The notes: generated from the letters alone by a model not told the origin. Shown: positions 26,740 through 37,507, counted from the first letter of the stretch. The stretch is 64,000 nt of DNA from an uncultured Thermodesulfobacteriota bacterium (GCA_942491525.1 CALOBW010000055.1:328106-392105); one strand, 5' to 3'. A program made the numbers and translations.

Positions 26740-27511
26740 GTGAAAGACTATCTGGTACGGGTAATGAGTAAGGATGGCGGCGTGCGCGCGCTGGCCTGTT
26801 TGACGACCAATCTGGTGGGTGATGCCTGCGGCCTGCACGGCACCTGTCCGACCGTTTCGGCGGCCCTGGGGCGCGCCCTGAGCGGCGGAGTCCTGATGGG
26901 CGGCATGCTTGATGATGATCAGCGCGTGGCCCTGAAGTTTGAAGGTAACGGTCCCATGCAGAAGATTCTTATCGAGGCCGACAGCTACGGCAATGTGCGC
27001 GGTTATCCGGGCGTGGCGGCTGTTCATCTGCCGCCCAATGCCGAGGGCAAGCTGGATGTGGCTGCGGCCATCGGCAAGGCCGGTTTTCTGACCGTTACCA
27101 AGGATTTGCGCCTGCGCGAGCCCTACAGCGGGGTCGTGCAGCTCTTCACCAGTGAGATTGCCGAGGACCTGGCCTTCTACCTGACCGATTCTGAGCAGAT
27201 TCCTTCGGCGGTGGGTCTGGGGGTCTTTGTGGAGCCCAGCGGCAGGGGGGCCTCAGCCGGCGGTTCATGATCCAGTCCATGCCCGGGGCCGGGGATGCGG
27301 GTGTGGATGCCCGGGCGAGCGCACGCTGAGATGCCGCCCGGTCAGTCAGCTGCTGAACGCGGGGGGGGGGGCGGTGATCTCACTGGGCAAGGATGAGGTC
27401 AATAAAATTGTCGCGGATGAGGAAGTTGTTGAGATCGTTTGCGATTTTTGCAGCCAGAAGTACGCTTTCAATCGTGATAATCTGAGGCGGGTGCTGGAAG
27501 AGATGCAGTGA
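26740..27511 (+). pseudogene. hslO: Hsp33 redox-regulated chaperone (hslO) with apparent frameshift between N-domain (frame 1) and Zn-binding C-domain (frame 2)
   Basis: N-terminal 176 aa Hsp33 domain ([47 protein letters not shown]...) ends at 27270. The C-terminal Zn centre (CGCPGERTLRC...VCDFCSQKYAF) is in a different frame starting around 27227. G6 (27246-27251) and G11 (27361-27371) homopolymers lie in this region. Confidence 0.55.
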
Positions 27512-27521
27512 GGGCCTCTGC

Positions 27522-28772
27522 TCAGTTGAGGACGCTGTTCAGCTCATCGATGCAGCGGTCCAGGCTGGCCCGGATGCGGGCGATGGTGGTCGGGTCGATC
27601 CGCAGCTTCCTGGTTGAGATGGCGTCGTCAATGTCAAGCTGGTCCTGCCCCTCCATGAGTTCGCAGAGCAGGTTGGCAAAGTTGACCACCAGGAACTCCA
27701 CCGGAATGTCCTTGAGCTCCTCGAGGCGGTTGTAGTCGCGGCACATGCGTGAGTAGATCTGGGGCAGGTCCCAGCGTTTCAGGAGGGTGGCGCCGATCTG
27801 GCGGTGGTAGCTGGTCAGGACGTAGAAGAGCTCCAGGCCGTCGTCGTCATTTTCCGGTTTGAGCTGCTTGTCCAGCTCGGCCACCAGCTGCAGCAGGATC
27901 AGCTTGCCGATGTTGTGCAGCAGCCCCATCATGAAGACATTGCTCTCAAGTTCCAGCTGCAGTTCATTGCAGGTGATCTGGGCGGCGTAGGCGCAGCGCA
28001 GCGAGTGCTGCCAGAGCTGCTGCATGATCTCGCCGTACTGCTTGTGCGAGACGGTGTAGAGGGAGTGGGCCGAGATGAATTCGACGATCTCGAGGGTCTT
28101 GTCCTGGCCCAGGCGCCCGATGGCCTGCTCCAGGCTGTGGTTCTTGTCTACGCCGCGGTAGTAGCTGGTGTTGGATACGGCGATGATCTTGGAGGTGATG
28201 GCCGCATCCTGGCCGATCAGCTCGGCGATCTGCTGCTGATTGGTGCCGCTCTTAATCATTTCGCGCAGCTTGACCGTGATCTGGGGCAGCGACGGCGGGC
28301 TGATCTCGCCGGACTGGAAGCGGTTGATCAGGTCCTGGATCATGGCCCGGCGCTGCTCCTCGATGGTGGGCGGGCGCTCGGTGAGCAGGCCGATCTCGGA
28401 GAGCTTGTCGGAAACCGTCTCCCGGTTGAAGGGTTTGGCGATGTAGCTGTTGCAGCCGCTGCGCACGCAGTTGATGACCGTGTCCTTGTCGGACTGGGAT
28501 GTGACCATGATAATCTTGACCGCCTCGTCACCGGAGAGCATCTCGGCCTTTTCGATGTTGCGGATGCGCTGCAGCACTTCGGTGCCGTCCATCTCGGGCA
28601 TGGAGATGTCCAGGGTGATCAGATTGAAGGGCTGCTGCTGGTGATGGGCCTCCTTGAAGGCGCTGACGGCCGCCGGGCCATTTTCAACGGCGATGCATTC
28701 ACCGAAGTGCTGCATGATCTTCTTCATCTTCTGGCGGCTGACAAGTTCATCGTCAACGATCAATGTTTTCAT
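27522..28772 (-). CDS. Response regulator with REC and HDOD domains
   Basis: N-terminal REC (LIVDDELVSR...LITLDISMPEMDG...KPF). The C-terminal HDOD-like region (IAELIGQDAAITSKIIAVSNTSYYRG...) has its metal-binding His residues retained or degenerate, which I could not judge. It starts 2 nt after the stop of the hybrid kinase. Confidence 0.7.
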   Translation of the reverse strand: MKTLIVDDELVSRQKMKKIMQHFGECIAVENGPAAVSAFKEAHHQQQPFNLITLDISMPEMDGTEVLQRIRNIEKAEMLSGDEAVKIIMVTSQSDKDTVINCVRSGCNSYIAKPFNRETVSDKLSEIGLLTERPPTIEEQRRAMIQDLINRFQSGEISPPSLPQITVKLREMIKSGTNQQQIAELIGQDAAITSKIIAVSNTSYYRGVDKNHSLEQAIGRLGQDKTLEIVEFISAHSLYTVSHKQYGEIMQQLWQHSLRCAYAAQITCNELQLELESNVFMMGLLHNIGKLILLQLVAELDKQLKPENDDDGLELFYVLTSYHRQIGATLLKRWDLPQIYSRMCRDYNRLEELKDIPVEFLVVNFANLLCELMEGQDQLDIDDAISTRKLRIDPTTIARIRASLDRCIDELNSVLN

Positions 28773-28773
28773 A

Positions 28774-31700
28774 TCAATCCTCTTTTATCGATTGGTAGTA
28801 ATCTCGCAGGCGTTCATGCTCGTCGGCCAGGCGCTCCAGGACGGCAGGCTCCAGCCGGTTTTCGGCGCCGCACTCCTCCAGTTCCTTGGCAATGCCCGAG
28901 AGCTCCTCGGCGCAGAGGTTGGCGGCCCCGCCCTTGATGGCGTGGGCCTCCTTGCGCACGGTCTCGGCGTCGCCGGCGGCAATGGCGGATCTGATTTTCT
29001 CAAGCTGGGCCGCAGTGGTCTGCAGGAAGCCCTCGATGACCTCCATCAGCAGTTCGCGGTCGTTCTCAAATTCGTCCAGCGCCAGTTCCAGGTCCATGGG
29101 TAGGGCGCTGTTGGGGATCTTATCCTCAGCCGGCGGCTGGGCCTGGCGTTTGAGCAGCCAGCTGTCAATGGTCTTGATCAGCTCCTTGCGCCTGAGGGGC
29201 TTGGTGATGTAGTCGTCCATGCCCTTGTTGAGGCAGGCTTCGCGGTAGCCTTTGACCGCATGGGCCGTCATGGCGATGATCGTCACCGGCGGGTAGTCGT
29301 ACTGGCGTTCCCATTCGCGGATGGCCTGGGTGGCTTCAAAGCCGTCCATGACCGGCATCTGCAGATCCATCAGGATCAGATCGTAGCGCTGTTTCTGCTG
29401 GGCCATGGTGGCCTGCAGACCGTTTTCGGCCAGGTCAACCTTGTAGCCGGCACTCCTGAGGTGGCGCAGCGCGACCTGCTGGTTGGTCGGGTAGTCCTCG
29501 GCCAGCAGCAGGCGGAACTGGTCGCGGCTGGCCGTCTGGCTCGGCGTCGCCGGCATCTTCTTGCGCTTTTCATGCTGCAGATCGAGCACCGTGGTGATCG
29601 TTTCATAGAGGTCGTTGCGTCTGATCGGCTTGATCAGGCAGGCCTGCACGCCGGGGTCGCGGCAGCTGATGCCCTTGCCGACCGAACCGCTGGAGGTCAG
29701 GATGATGATCGGGATGTTTTTGAGCGACTCGATCTCGCGGATGCGGGCGGCAAAATCAAAGCCGTTCATCTCGGGCATGAAGAAGTCCGAGATGATGATG
29801 TCGAAGCTCTCCCTGAGGGCCACCCCGGCCTTGAGCACCGAGAGGCCGGCCTCGGCGCTGCCGGCCTCCACCGGCAGGCAGTTCCAGCTCTTGAGGTGTT
29901 CACAGAGGATCTGCAGGTTGGTGGGGTTGTCGTCCACCACCAGGGCGCGGGTGCCCTCCAGGGAGACCGCCTCCTTCTCGGGTGCGGTGCGTCTTTCAAA
30001 GCGCGCCGTGAACCAGAAGGTCGATCCCTTGCCCTTTTCGCTCTCCAGGCCGATCTCGCCGCCCAGCATGTGCACCAGGTGCTGGGAGATGGTGGTGCCC
30101 AGGCCGGTGCCGCCGTATTTGCGGGTGGTTGAGGAGTCGGCCTGGGTGAAGCTCTCAAAGATGCCGGCCTGTTTCTCCTTCTCGATGCCGATGCCCGTAT
30201 CTTGGACCGTGAAGAGTAGCAGAGCCTGCTCATTCTCGAGTTCGCGCAGCGAGACCTGCAGGTTGATCTGACCCTTGTTGGTGAATTTGAGGGCGTTGCC
30301 GGTCAGGTTGGTCAGGATCTGGCGCAGGCGGTTGGGGTCGCCGATCAGGTAGACCGGCACATCCGGTTCGATGAAGGCGGTGAACTCCAGGTTCTTCTTG
30401 GTGGCCATGATGCCGCAGATGTTGGCGATATCCTCGATGATGTGGCGCAGGTTGAAGGGGATCTCCTCCAGCTCCATCTTGCCGGCCTCGATCTTGGAGA
30501 AGTCCAGCACCTGGTTGATGAGTCCCATCAGGGCCTCGGCCTCGCTGCTGATGGTGGTGATCAGGTCGCGCTGGTAGCTGTCGAGTTCGGTGTCCAGTGA
30601 GAGTTCGGTCATGCCGATGATGCCGTTGAGCGGGGTGCGGATCTCATGGCTGATGTTGGCCAGGAAGTCGCTCTTGGCCTGGCTGCTGGCCTCGGCCTTG
30701 AACTTTTCGCGCTCCAGGATCTGGCTCAGCTTGCGCGCCGAGATGTCCTGCACGATGCCCCTGAAGCCGATGGGGTTGCCGCCGGGGTCCAGAATCAGGG
30801 AGACGGTGGCCTCCACGCTGATGGTGGGGCCGTCACGCCGGATCAGCTCCCACTCGAAGCGCTGCTGCTTAAGGCCCTTGGTGTAGGCCTCGTTGAAGAT
30901 CTTGAAGAGCCGGCCGGAATTTTCCAGCTCCATGAAGTCTTTGTAGTTCAGGCCCCTCAGATCGTTGATGCCCAGGATCTGGTTCATGGTCTCGTTGACA
31001 AAGGTGAAGCTGCCGTGCAGGTCGACCTCGTAGTAGCCGGCGTGGATGTTTTCCAGGATGGTGCGGTACTTCTGCTCCTGCTCCCTGATGAAGCTGGCCA
31101 TCTCGCGCTGATGGGTGATGTCCTCCACGATCGCCACATTGTAGCGCGACCGGGCCTGTTCATCGCGCACGGCCGCCACATGGATGCGGCCCCAGACGAT
31201 GTGGCCGTCCTTGTGCAGGTAGCGCTTCTCCATCACAAAACTTTCAAACTGGCCCCTCTCCAGCTGCTGGATCTGCTCGATGCTCGACTGGATGTCGTTG
31301 GGATGGGTGATCTCTTTGTAGCTCATCTGCTGCAGCTCTTCGGCGCTGTAGCCCAGCATGCGGCAGAACTCGGGGTTGGCGGTCAGGATGCGCCCTTTGG
31401 AGGATGTCTGGGTGATGCCGATGGGGGCGTGTTCAAAGGTCACCTTGAAGCGCTGCTGGCTCTGGCGCAGATCCTCCTGGATCTGTTTCTGCTCGGCCAG
31501 CAGGTCGTCCAGGTCGCTCTTGATCAGGGCGATGGCGTCAAAGATCGGGCTGAAGGGGTGCTGCTCTTCGATGGCGGGCGGATTGTAGCCTTCGATCTCC
31601 CAGTTGATGTTGCCGATGTAGTTCAGGAGCTCCTCGATATAGTCATTGAGGGTGTCGCGCTGCAGGGTGATGGTCTCCTTGATGGGGCCGGCGGCGTAGG

Positions 31701-32595
31701 AGTGGATCAGGCTGATGCCCTCCTCCAGGTTGCGCGCGATCTTGACGTGGAAGGGCAGCATCGGGTTGAGCAGGCTGATGGTGGCGCGCAGCTTGCGGTT
31801 GGGGCCGTAGACCACGTAGTGATTCAGCGGCTGGTGGCTTGACAGCTCTCGCAGATAGTCCAGATACCCCAGGCGGGCCCGGCGGCTGGTGTCGGGCATG
31901 TGCTCTAGGTTGACCAGGACACTCAGGGGTTTGCCGTCAAGATTCATGTCGCAAAGCAGTTTCTGGTGCAGCCTGATGATTGGCTCCAGATAGCTTTCGT
32001 TCAGATAACCCTGGGGGATGGAGTGCAGCACGCCGCCGGGCAGGATCTCGTAGCGGATCTTGAAGTCGCCCAGTTCGATTTCCCAGTCCTGGCTGCTGAT
32101 GATGCGTGAGCACCTGTCGCTGAAGCTGTGACTGCGCACCGCATCCAGGGCCTCCAGTACGGCGGCGCGGTAGGAGTCGACCACCTGCATGGGGAAGGGC
32201 GACTTGAAGATCGAGCGCCCCACATTGATGCTCAGCCTGATCGAGGTCGGCGCGCAGTAGCCGATGAAGCCGATGATGCGGTGTTTATGGGCCAGCATGT
32301 GGCGGGCATATTCGTCGCGGGCTTCCTTGGACGGATTGTGGGTTATGTGGGAGTAGTCCTTGAGTTCGAAGAAGGGTTCATCTTCGGCCAGCTGTTGGTC
32401 AATGATCTGCTTGCGCTTGGCGAAGTAGTTCTGCATGGCCACGCCGGTGGCGTAGCCCTTGGGGATTGAGAGCAGGATATGCTGGCCGATGAAGCAGAAG
32501 CTGGCGGCGTAACCGTCGGCCAGCGGCACGTCGATCCATTCCGGTTTCTGGATGATGGGCAGCCCGGATACCGGGCAGAATTTCTGTTCCTCCAC
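28774..32595 (-). CDS. Cytoplasmic hybrid sensor histidine kinase (1273 aa): uncharacterised duplicated N-terminal domain, PAS x2, HisKA, HATPase, REC x2, Hpt
   Basis: H-box [15 protein letters not shown]; HATPase motifs (GNALKFT, DTGIGI, GGTGLGT); two REC domains (VVDDNPTN...[19 protein letters not shown]...[11 protein letters not shown]); C-terminal Hpt ([10 protein letters not shown]). No TM segments are apparent. Confidence 0.85.
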   Translation of the reverse strand: MEEQKFCPVSGLPIIQKPEWIDVPLADGYAASFCFIGQHILLSIPKGYATGVAMQNYFAKRKQIIDQQLAEDEPFFELKDYSHITHNPSKEARDEYARHMLAHKHRIIGFIGYCAPTSIRLSINVGRSIFKSPFPMQVVDSYRAAVLEALDAVRSHSFSDRCSRIISSQDWEIELGDFKIRYEILPGGVLHSIPQGYLNESYLEPIIRLHQKLLCDMNLDGKPLSVLVNLEHMPDTSRRARLGYLDYLRELSSHQPLNHYVVYGPNRKLRATISLLNPMLPFHVKIARNLEEGISLIHSYAAGPIKETITLQRDTLNDYIEELLNYIGNINWEIEGYNPPAIEEQHPFSPIFDAIALIKSDLDDLLAEQKQIQEDLRQSQQRFKVTFEHAPIGITQTSSKGRILTANPEFCRMLGYSAEELQQMSYKEITHPNDIQSSIEQIQQLERGQFESFVMEKRYLHKDGHIVWGRIHVAAVRDEQARSRYNVAIVEDITHQREMASFIREQEQKYRTILENIHAGYYEVDLHGSFTFVNETMNQILGINDLRGLNYKDFMELENSGRLFKIFNEAYTKGLKQQRFEWELIRRDGPTISVEATVSLILDPGGNPIGFRGIVQDISARKLSQILEREKFKAEASSQAKSDFLANISHEIRTPLNGIIGMTELSLDTELDSYQRDLITTISSEAEALMGLINQVLDFSKIEAGKMELEEIPFNLRHIIEDIANICGIMATKKNLEFTAFIEPDVPVYLIGDPNRLRQILTNLTGNALKFTNKGQINLQVSLRELENEQALLLFTVQDTGIGIEKEKQAGIFESFTQADSSTTRKYGGTGLGTTISQHLVHMLGGEIGLESEKGKGSTFWFTARFERRTAPEKEAVSLEGTRALVVDDNPTNLQILCEHLKSWNCLPVEAGSAEAGLSVLKAGVALRESFDIIISDFFMPEMNGFDFAARIREIESLKNIPIIILTSSGSVGKGISCRDPGVQACLIKPIRRNDLYETITTVLDLQHEKRKKMPATPSQTASRDQFRLLLAEDYPTNQQVALRHLRSAGYKVDLAENGLQATMAQQKQRYDLILMDLQMPVMDGFEATQAIREWERQYDYPPVTIIAMTAHAVKGYREACLNKGMDDYITKPLRRKELIKTIDSWLLKRQAQPPAEDKIPNSALPMDLELALDEFENDRELLMEVIEGFLQTTAAQLEKIRSAIAAGDAETVRKEAHAIKGGAANLCAEELSGIAKELEECGAENRLEPAVLERLADEHERLRDYYQSIKED

Positions 32596-32645
32596 GTACG
32601 CCTCCTAACTAAACGTAAGCGGAGCCGGCAAATAGTCAAGTATTC

Positions 32646-33266
32646 CTAGAACATAAGCTTGAGAATGGCGGCGCCGGGATCCTCGCCCAGCACCAGGTAG
32701 AAGGCCAGGGTGCCCAGCAGACCGTGCACCGTGCCGATGGCCCAGAGGTTGGGGTGGCGTTGGTAGATCAGGCTGAAGATTATGCCGGCCGGCAAGGTCA
32801 GGCTCATCAGCGCATAGTTGGGATAGTGGGCCAGGCCGAAGAGAGCGCCGGCCACAACAGCCACTAGCACTCTGCTGTTAATCAGCCGGCCGAGGTTGCG
32901 CGTGATCAGCACCTGCAGGGCGAACTGCTGCACGATGCCCCAGACGGGGTAGATCAGCAGCGTCAGCCAGAAAGCTGCGGTCAGCTGCCCGGGCCCGCAG
33001 AGGTAGAGGATGATTGTTGCCGGAACGGCACAGGCGGATGAGATTATGAGGGCCGGCCGGAAGTGGGCGCACCCGAAACCCCACTCCTTGAGCAGGCCAG
33101 GCTGCTGGCGGATGCGCCAGGCCAGGTAGACGCTCCAGCCAAGGGCCGCGATAAAGTTGAAGATTGTCTCGGGGCCGCCCAGCTTATTCGAGCCGCCAAA
33201 ATTCAGCTCCAGCGCAATATGCAGCATGCCGGTCAGGATGACCGCGATCAGTTCAATCTGTTTCAT
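32646..33266 (-). CDS. CPBP-family (CAAX/Abi) intramembrane metalloprotease
   Basis: Multi-TM protein, 206 aa, with the conserved ...FGLAHY... and later H (GTVHGLLG) motifs of the CPBP family. Confidence 0.65.
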   Translation of the reverse strand: MKQIELIAVILTGMLHIALELNFGGSNKLGGPETIFNFIAALGWSVYLAWRIRQQPGLLKEWGFGCAHFRPALIISSACAVPATIILYLCGPGQLTAAFWLTLLIYPVWGIVQQFALQVLITRNLGRLINSRVLVAVVAGALFGLAHYPNYALMSLTLPAGIIFSLIYQRHPNLWAIGTVHGLLGTLAFYLVLGEDPGAAILKLMF

Positions 33267-33342
33267 GTTGATTTCTCCTTCAATATTCCTATGCTATCAG
33301 AATAGCAGACGCTATGGTATTGATGATTAATGTGGAGGGTCT

Positions 33343-34671
33343 ATGTCTGATATTTCTAGACGCGGGTTTATCAAACTGAGCTCTCTGGCTTCGGCCGGCG
33401 TGCTGGTGGGCTGCGCCACCAATCCGGTGAGCGGCCGGCGCGAGTTGATGCTGATGAGCGAGCAGCAGGAGATCGCCATGGACCGGCAGCACTCGCCGCA
33501 TCAGTTTTCGGCCGACTACGGCGCGGTGCAGGATACGGCCCTGAATGGCTATATCAGCGCCTGCGGCAACGTTCTGGCGCGGGCTTCGCACCGACCGCAG
33601 ATGCCCTACAGCTTCCGGGTGGTCAACGCCAACTACATCAACGCCTACACCTTTCCGGCCGGCAGCGTGGCCGTGACCCGCGGCATTCTGCTGGATATTG
33701 AGAACGAGTCCCAGCTGGCCGGCCTGCTGGGCCATGAGATCGGGCACGTTGCGGCCCGCCACACCGGCCAGCGCATGTCCAAGCAGCTGATCACCTCCCT
33801 GGTGGTGGCCGGCGTGAGTGCCGTGATCGCCATCGACAATGAGGAGCTGGCGCCCCTGGCCGCCGGCCTGGGCGGCATCGGCGCCGGCATGCTCCTGGCC
33901 GGCTACAGCCGCGACAATGAGCGCGAGGCCGATGCTCTGGGCATGGACTACATGGTGGCAGGCGGCTACAATCCGGACGGCATGCCCGGGCTGATGCAGA
34001 TTCTGGTCGCGAGCTCCAGGCATAGCCCGTCGGCCATCGAGCGCATGTTTGCCACCCATCCCATGAGCGATGAGCGTCTCCATACCGCCCAGCAGAGTTC
34101 GGCCGGCGACTTTGCCGCGGCCCGTAGCCGCAACCTGGGCCGCGAGCGCTACATGGACAATACCGTCTCTCTGCGCAGAATCGCGCCGGCTATCAGATCC
34201 ATGCAGAGCGGCGAGCAGGCTCTGCGCAAAAGTGATTTTGCGCAGGCCGAGACCCACTTCCGGTCCGCCCTTAAGACGGCTCCCAATGACTATTGCGGCC
34301 TGCTGCTGATGGCCAAGTGCCAGCTGGCCCAGGAGAAGTATCAGGAGGCCGCCGCCTACACCGCTCAGGCCCGGCGCGTCTATGCGCAGGAGCCTCAGGC
34401 GCTGCACCTCTCAGGCATAGCGCTCACCAGGCAGCAGAAGTATGATGCCGCCTACCGGGAGTTTGCCGCCTATGAGGAGCTGCTGCCCGGCAATCCCAAC
34501 ACCATCTTCTATAAGGGCTACACCCAGGAGGGCCTGCAGCATCGGGATGCCGCGGCCCAGGAGTACACCCGCTTCCTCAAGGTTCAGAACCAGGGCGACA
34601 TGGCCCAGCACGCCTATCAGCGGCTGGTGGAGTGGGGTTATATTAAGCCGCAGGCGGCCGAGGCTGAATAG
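33343..34671 (+). CDS. Tat-exported M48-family metalloprotease lipoprotein with C-terminal TPR repeats (BepA-like)
   Basis: Twin-arginine motif SRRGFIK with lipobox LVGCA. HEIGHVAARH (HExxH). The C-terminal half has TPR-like repeats. Confidence 0.8.
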   Translation: MSDISRRGFIKLSSLASAGVLVGCATNPVSGRRELMLMSEQQEIAMDRQHSPHQFSADYGAVQDTALNGYISACGNVLARASHRPQMPYSFRVVNANYINAYTFPAGSVAVTRGILLDIENESQLAGLLGHEIGHVAARHTGQRMSKQLITSLVVAGVSAVIAIDNEELAPLAAGLGGIGAGMLLAGYSRDNEREADALGMDYMVAGGYNPDGMPGLMQILVASSRHSPSAIERMFATHPMSDERLHTAQQSSAGDFAAARSRNLGRERYMDNTVSLRRIAPAIRSMQSGEQALRKSDFAQAETHFRSALKTAPNDYCGLLLMAKCQLAQEKYQEAAAYTAQARRVYAQEPQALHLSGIALTRQQKYDAAYREFAAYEELLPGNPNTIFYKGYTQEGLQHRDAAAQEYTRFLKVQNQGDMAQHAYQRLVEWGYIKPQAAEAE

Positions 34672-34739
34672 AAAGATCATAAAGATTGCATCGTTGTACC
34701 CGTCTGGGGTAAGATCATGCTGTTCCGAGGAGGTGTCAC

Positions 34740-35702
34740 ATGCGTAAATTTTGGATTCCCTGTCTGCTGATACTTATGTTTACCAACGGCTGCTGCTACC
34801 TGGCCAGCAGCAATGCCGACTATCTGGCCCATCCGCCGCGGGTGACCCATGACAAGACGCCGGCTGATTATGGGATTGAGTATCGCGATATCTCCTTTGT
34901 CTCGGATGACGAGAATGCCTATACCCTGAAGGGCTGGTACATTCCGCCGGCCGCAGGTATGGACGGGGCCACCATCATCTATGTGCACGGCCTGGAGGCC
35001 CATCGCGGCTGGCTGCTGCCCCAGGCTGAAGGTCTGATCAAGGCCGGTTTCGGCGCGCTGCTCTTTGATCTGCGCAACCATGGCGAGAGTGAGGGCGAGC
35101 TGACCACCTTGGGCATTGAGGAACAGGCCGACGTGCGCGGCGCGCTGAAATTTCTGGCGCAGCAGCCCGAGGTCAATATGCAGCGCCTGGGCATCATGGG
35201 GCGCTCCATGGGCGGGGCGGTCGTCATCCGGGCGGCCTACGAAAATCCCATCTATAGGGCGGTGGTGGCCCAGAGCACCTTCACCAGTTTTGATGAGTCG
35301 CTGGCCTATCGCATCAAAGTTTCGACGATTCTGCCGGCCGAGCCGCTGGCCAGCATGATGAACTGGTTCTACAAACGCACCTCCGGTTACGGTTTTGATG
35401 AGTTTGATTCGCTTGCGCTGATGCCCTCAATCAGCAATGTGATGATTATCCACGGTATTGAGGATGACTGGGTGCCGGTTGAGCAGGCCAAGCAGCTGCA
35501 TGATGCTGCCGCCGAACCCAAACGCCTCTACCTGATCGAGGGCGCGCAGCACTATCCGCTGCTGGAGCACGATCCGGTGGGACTGCCGGCGGCCCTGCAG
35601 GGCTTTTTCGAGCGCTATCTGCTAGATGATATAGTTGTCGAGGGCGAAGTTGCGCCGCTGCCCGTTCAGGGGGCACTTGAACTTCAGCCCGCTGGCAACT
35701 AG
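34740..35702 (+). CDS. Alpha/beta-hydrolase fold lipoprotein
   Basis: Signal/lipobox (LILMFTNGCCY), nucleophile elbow GRSMGG (GxSxG), and a C-terminal His region (GAQHYPL). Confidence 0.7.
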   Translation: MRKFWIPCLLILMFTNGCCYLASSNADYLAHPPRVTHDKTPADYGIEYRDISFVSDDENAYTLKGWYIPPAAGMDGATIIYVHGLEAHRGWLLPQAEGLIKAGFGALLFDLRNHGESEGELTTLGIEEQADVRGALKFLAQQPEVNMQRLGIMGRSMGGAVVIRAAYENPIYRAVVAQSTFTSFDESLAYRIKVSTILPAEPLASMMNWFYKRTSGYGFDEFDSLALMPSISNVMIIHGIEDDWVPVEQAKQLHDAAAEPKRLYLIEGAQHYPLLEHDPVGLPAALQGFFERYLLDDIVVEGEVAPLPVQGALELQPAGN

Positions 35703-36422
35703 CTGCAGCCCGTCCGGGCAGCTGTTGTTTTGTCCGTAGCGCGGGTCGCCCAGCACCGGGTGGTTGATGGAGGCCAGATGGCGCCGGATCTGGTGCAGGC
35801 GGCCGCCCCTGATGGAAACTTCCAGGGTCGCGCTGCTCACTTGCTGGCTGATGAGTCTGAATCTGGTGTGAGCCTCTTTGCCGTCCAGGGGCGCATCAAT
35901 TGTCCCTTCAGCCGGCGGGACACCTTTGACCCTGACCCGGTAGTGCTTCTCTATCTGCTGATCCTGAAAAAGTTTGGAGAGCCCGGCCGCACCTGATCTG
36001 GTGTGGGCCAGCAGCATCAGGCCGCTGGCCTCGCGGTCCAGGCGCTGCACCAGGAAGACTTCCCGCTTTAAGCTCAGCTCGGCTTGACGGCTGATGGCGC
36101 AGTGGTCGCCGAACTTGGAGCCCTGGCTGAGCACACCGGCCGGTTTGTACCAGAGGCTGTAGTCCTGTAAATCTTGCAGCAGTATGGCTTCAGGCGCTTT
36201 TGCGGCCAGGATATCTTCATCATAGTAGAGTGCGATAGTCTGGCCGGGCTTGAGGATGGCCTTGGCGCGCCGCAGACGTCTGGTCTTTCTGCCCTGACTG
36301 ATGAAGCAGGCCCCCTTCTGCATGGCGTCCTTGATCTTCAGCTTGGACAGGCCGCTCTGTCGGGCCAGGAAATTGACCGCAGTTTCCTCTTCTTTGACAA
36401 CTTCTTCTATCTGAATGGGCAC
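35622..36422 (-). CDS. RluA-family pseudouridine synthase
   Basis: QRLDREASGLMLLAHT catalytic motif and HQIRRHL motif. Its 3' end overlaps the convergent hydrolase gene by 81 nt, so one of the two termini may be mis-set. Confidence 0.7.
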   Translation of the reverse strand: MPIQIEEVVKEEETAVNFLARQSGLSKLKIKDAMQKGACFISQGRKTRRLRRAKAILKPGQTIALYYDEDILAAKAPEAILLQDLQDYSLWYKPAGVLSQGSKFGDHCAISRQAELSLKREVFLVQRLDREASGLMLLAHTRSGAAGLSKLFQDQQIEKHYRVRVKGVPPAEGTIDAPLDGKEAHTRFRLISQQVSSATLEVSIRGGRLHQIRRHLASINHPVLGDPRYGQNNSCPDGLQLVASGLKFKCPLNGQRRNFALDNYII

Positions 36423-36476
36423 ATAGTCCTCCTCTCAGAAGGCCTAATGCCCATCTGCGGGTGTGTCAAGCGGATC

Positions 36477-36770
36477 TTAGGCGTGGATGATGTTATCCAG
36501 CAGCTTGGTGGGCTGGATGTACTGGATGGCCATCCCACGTCCATCCTTGACGCGGCAGACGTGCCCGCTGAGGGTCAGGATGCGACCAAAATCATCATCA
36601 TTAATGGTCAGGTCAACCATGGCGCCGATGGGCAGGGTGCTGTCGGTCTCGATGAAGACGCCGGCACGCGAGATGTTGATCGTGCGGGCCATGTGTTCGT
36701 TATGCTGATCATTGAAGATGATCTCTTTGGCAAATGGTACCCGGGTGTATTTACGTCTCTCCATAGTCAA
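36477..36770 (-). CDS. Stand-alone PilZ-domain protein (97 aa)
   Basis: RRKYTRVPF (RxxxR-like) and NISRAGVFIETD (D/NxSxxG) motifs. Confidence 0.7.
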   Translation of the reverse strand: MTMERRKYTRVPFAKEIIFNDQHNEHMARTINISRAGVFIETDSTLPIGAMVDLTINDDDFGRILTLSGHVCRVKDGRGMAIQYIQPTKLLDNIIHA

Positions 36771-36823
36771 CTCCTTTACTATGTTTAGATTAAAATAAGC
36801 CCCAGATGGATGCTGGCAAGGGA

Positions 36824-37507
36824 TCAGGTTCCTTTCCAGGCTTTGCTCTTCTGCGGGCGGCGTTTGAGCAAGATGTTCAGGGCGCCGGTGCCGCCGTCGC
36901 AGGCTCGGGCCGAGCAGAAGGCCAGCACCAGGTGCGAGAGGCGCCCGCGGCTCAGCCAGCCCACCAGCGCATTTTTGAGCACCGGACCGTCCGCTGAAGT
37001 CAGGCCGCGGCCGTGGATGATCAGGATCGAGCGCTGGCCCATGGCGTGGGCATTGATGATGAAACGCTCGACGGCCTCATGGGCCGCGTCGCGGGTCATG
37101 CCGTGCAGGTCGAGGTGGCTCTGGACGGCAAAGTCGCCGCGCTTTAGTTTGGCCAGCGTCTGCGGATCAATGGGGATGGCGTGCCCTTCGATGTATTCGC
37201 CGGTGGCGCTGATGTCGAAGCGCGCCCGGCCGTCCACCAGGGCCTGCAGCTGCCTGACGACATCATTCTCCCGCTCTTTGTTAATTTCGTGTATGCGGTT
37301 AACATTTGACTTCACATCGGGCATCGGCGGTGTTATAGAGTCACCCGCTATGGGGGTGACGCCTTCCATGGCCTGCTGAAAGAGATCACTGTCAGACGAA
37401 GGAGATTTTTTTACTGGCCTCTTGGGGGCCGGCAAATCGTCCTTTTTCTTCACGTTTAGCTTTTTAAGAGCTATAAATGGGTTGTTAAAACTATCATTCT
37501 TCTTCAT
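36824..37507 (-). CDS. Smr-domain protein (MutS2 C-terminal-like small endonuclease domain)
   Basis: C-terminal ...LDLHGMTRDAAHEAVERFI...SILIIHGRGLTS...LKNALVGWL, the Smr signature. The start was moved to ATG MKKNDSF (37507) because the tabulated ORF begins at a TTG inside a hairpin. Confidence 0.65.
   Translation of the reverse strand: MKKNDSFNNPFIALKKLNVKKKDDLPAPKRPVKKSPSSDSDLFQQAMEGVTPIAGDSITPPMPDVKSNVNRIHEINKERENDVVRQLQALVDGRARFDISATGEYIEGHAIPIDPQTLAKLKRGDFAVQSHLDLHGMTRDAAHEAVERFIINAHAMGQRSILIIHGRGLTSADGPVLKNALVGWLSRGRLSHLVLAFCSARACDGGTGALNILLKRRPQKSKAWKGT

Noticed and set aside
27262..27330. Frame-3 peptide [10 protein letters not shown] resembling the Hsp33 'LLQVMPA' region, suggesting a second frameshift
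   Set aside because: It overlaps the nucleotides that encode the much stronger frame-2 CxC...C zinc-centre match. The similarity is too short to trust.
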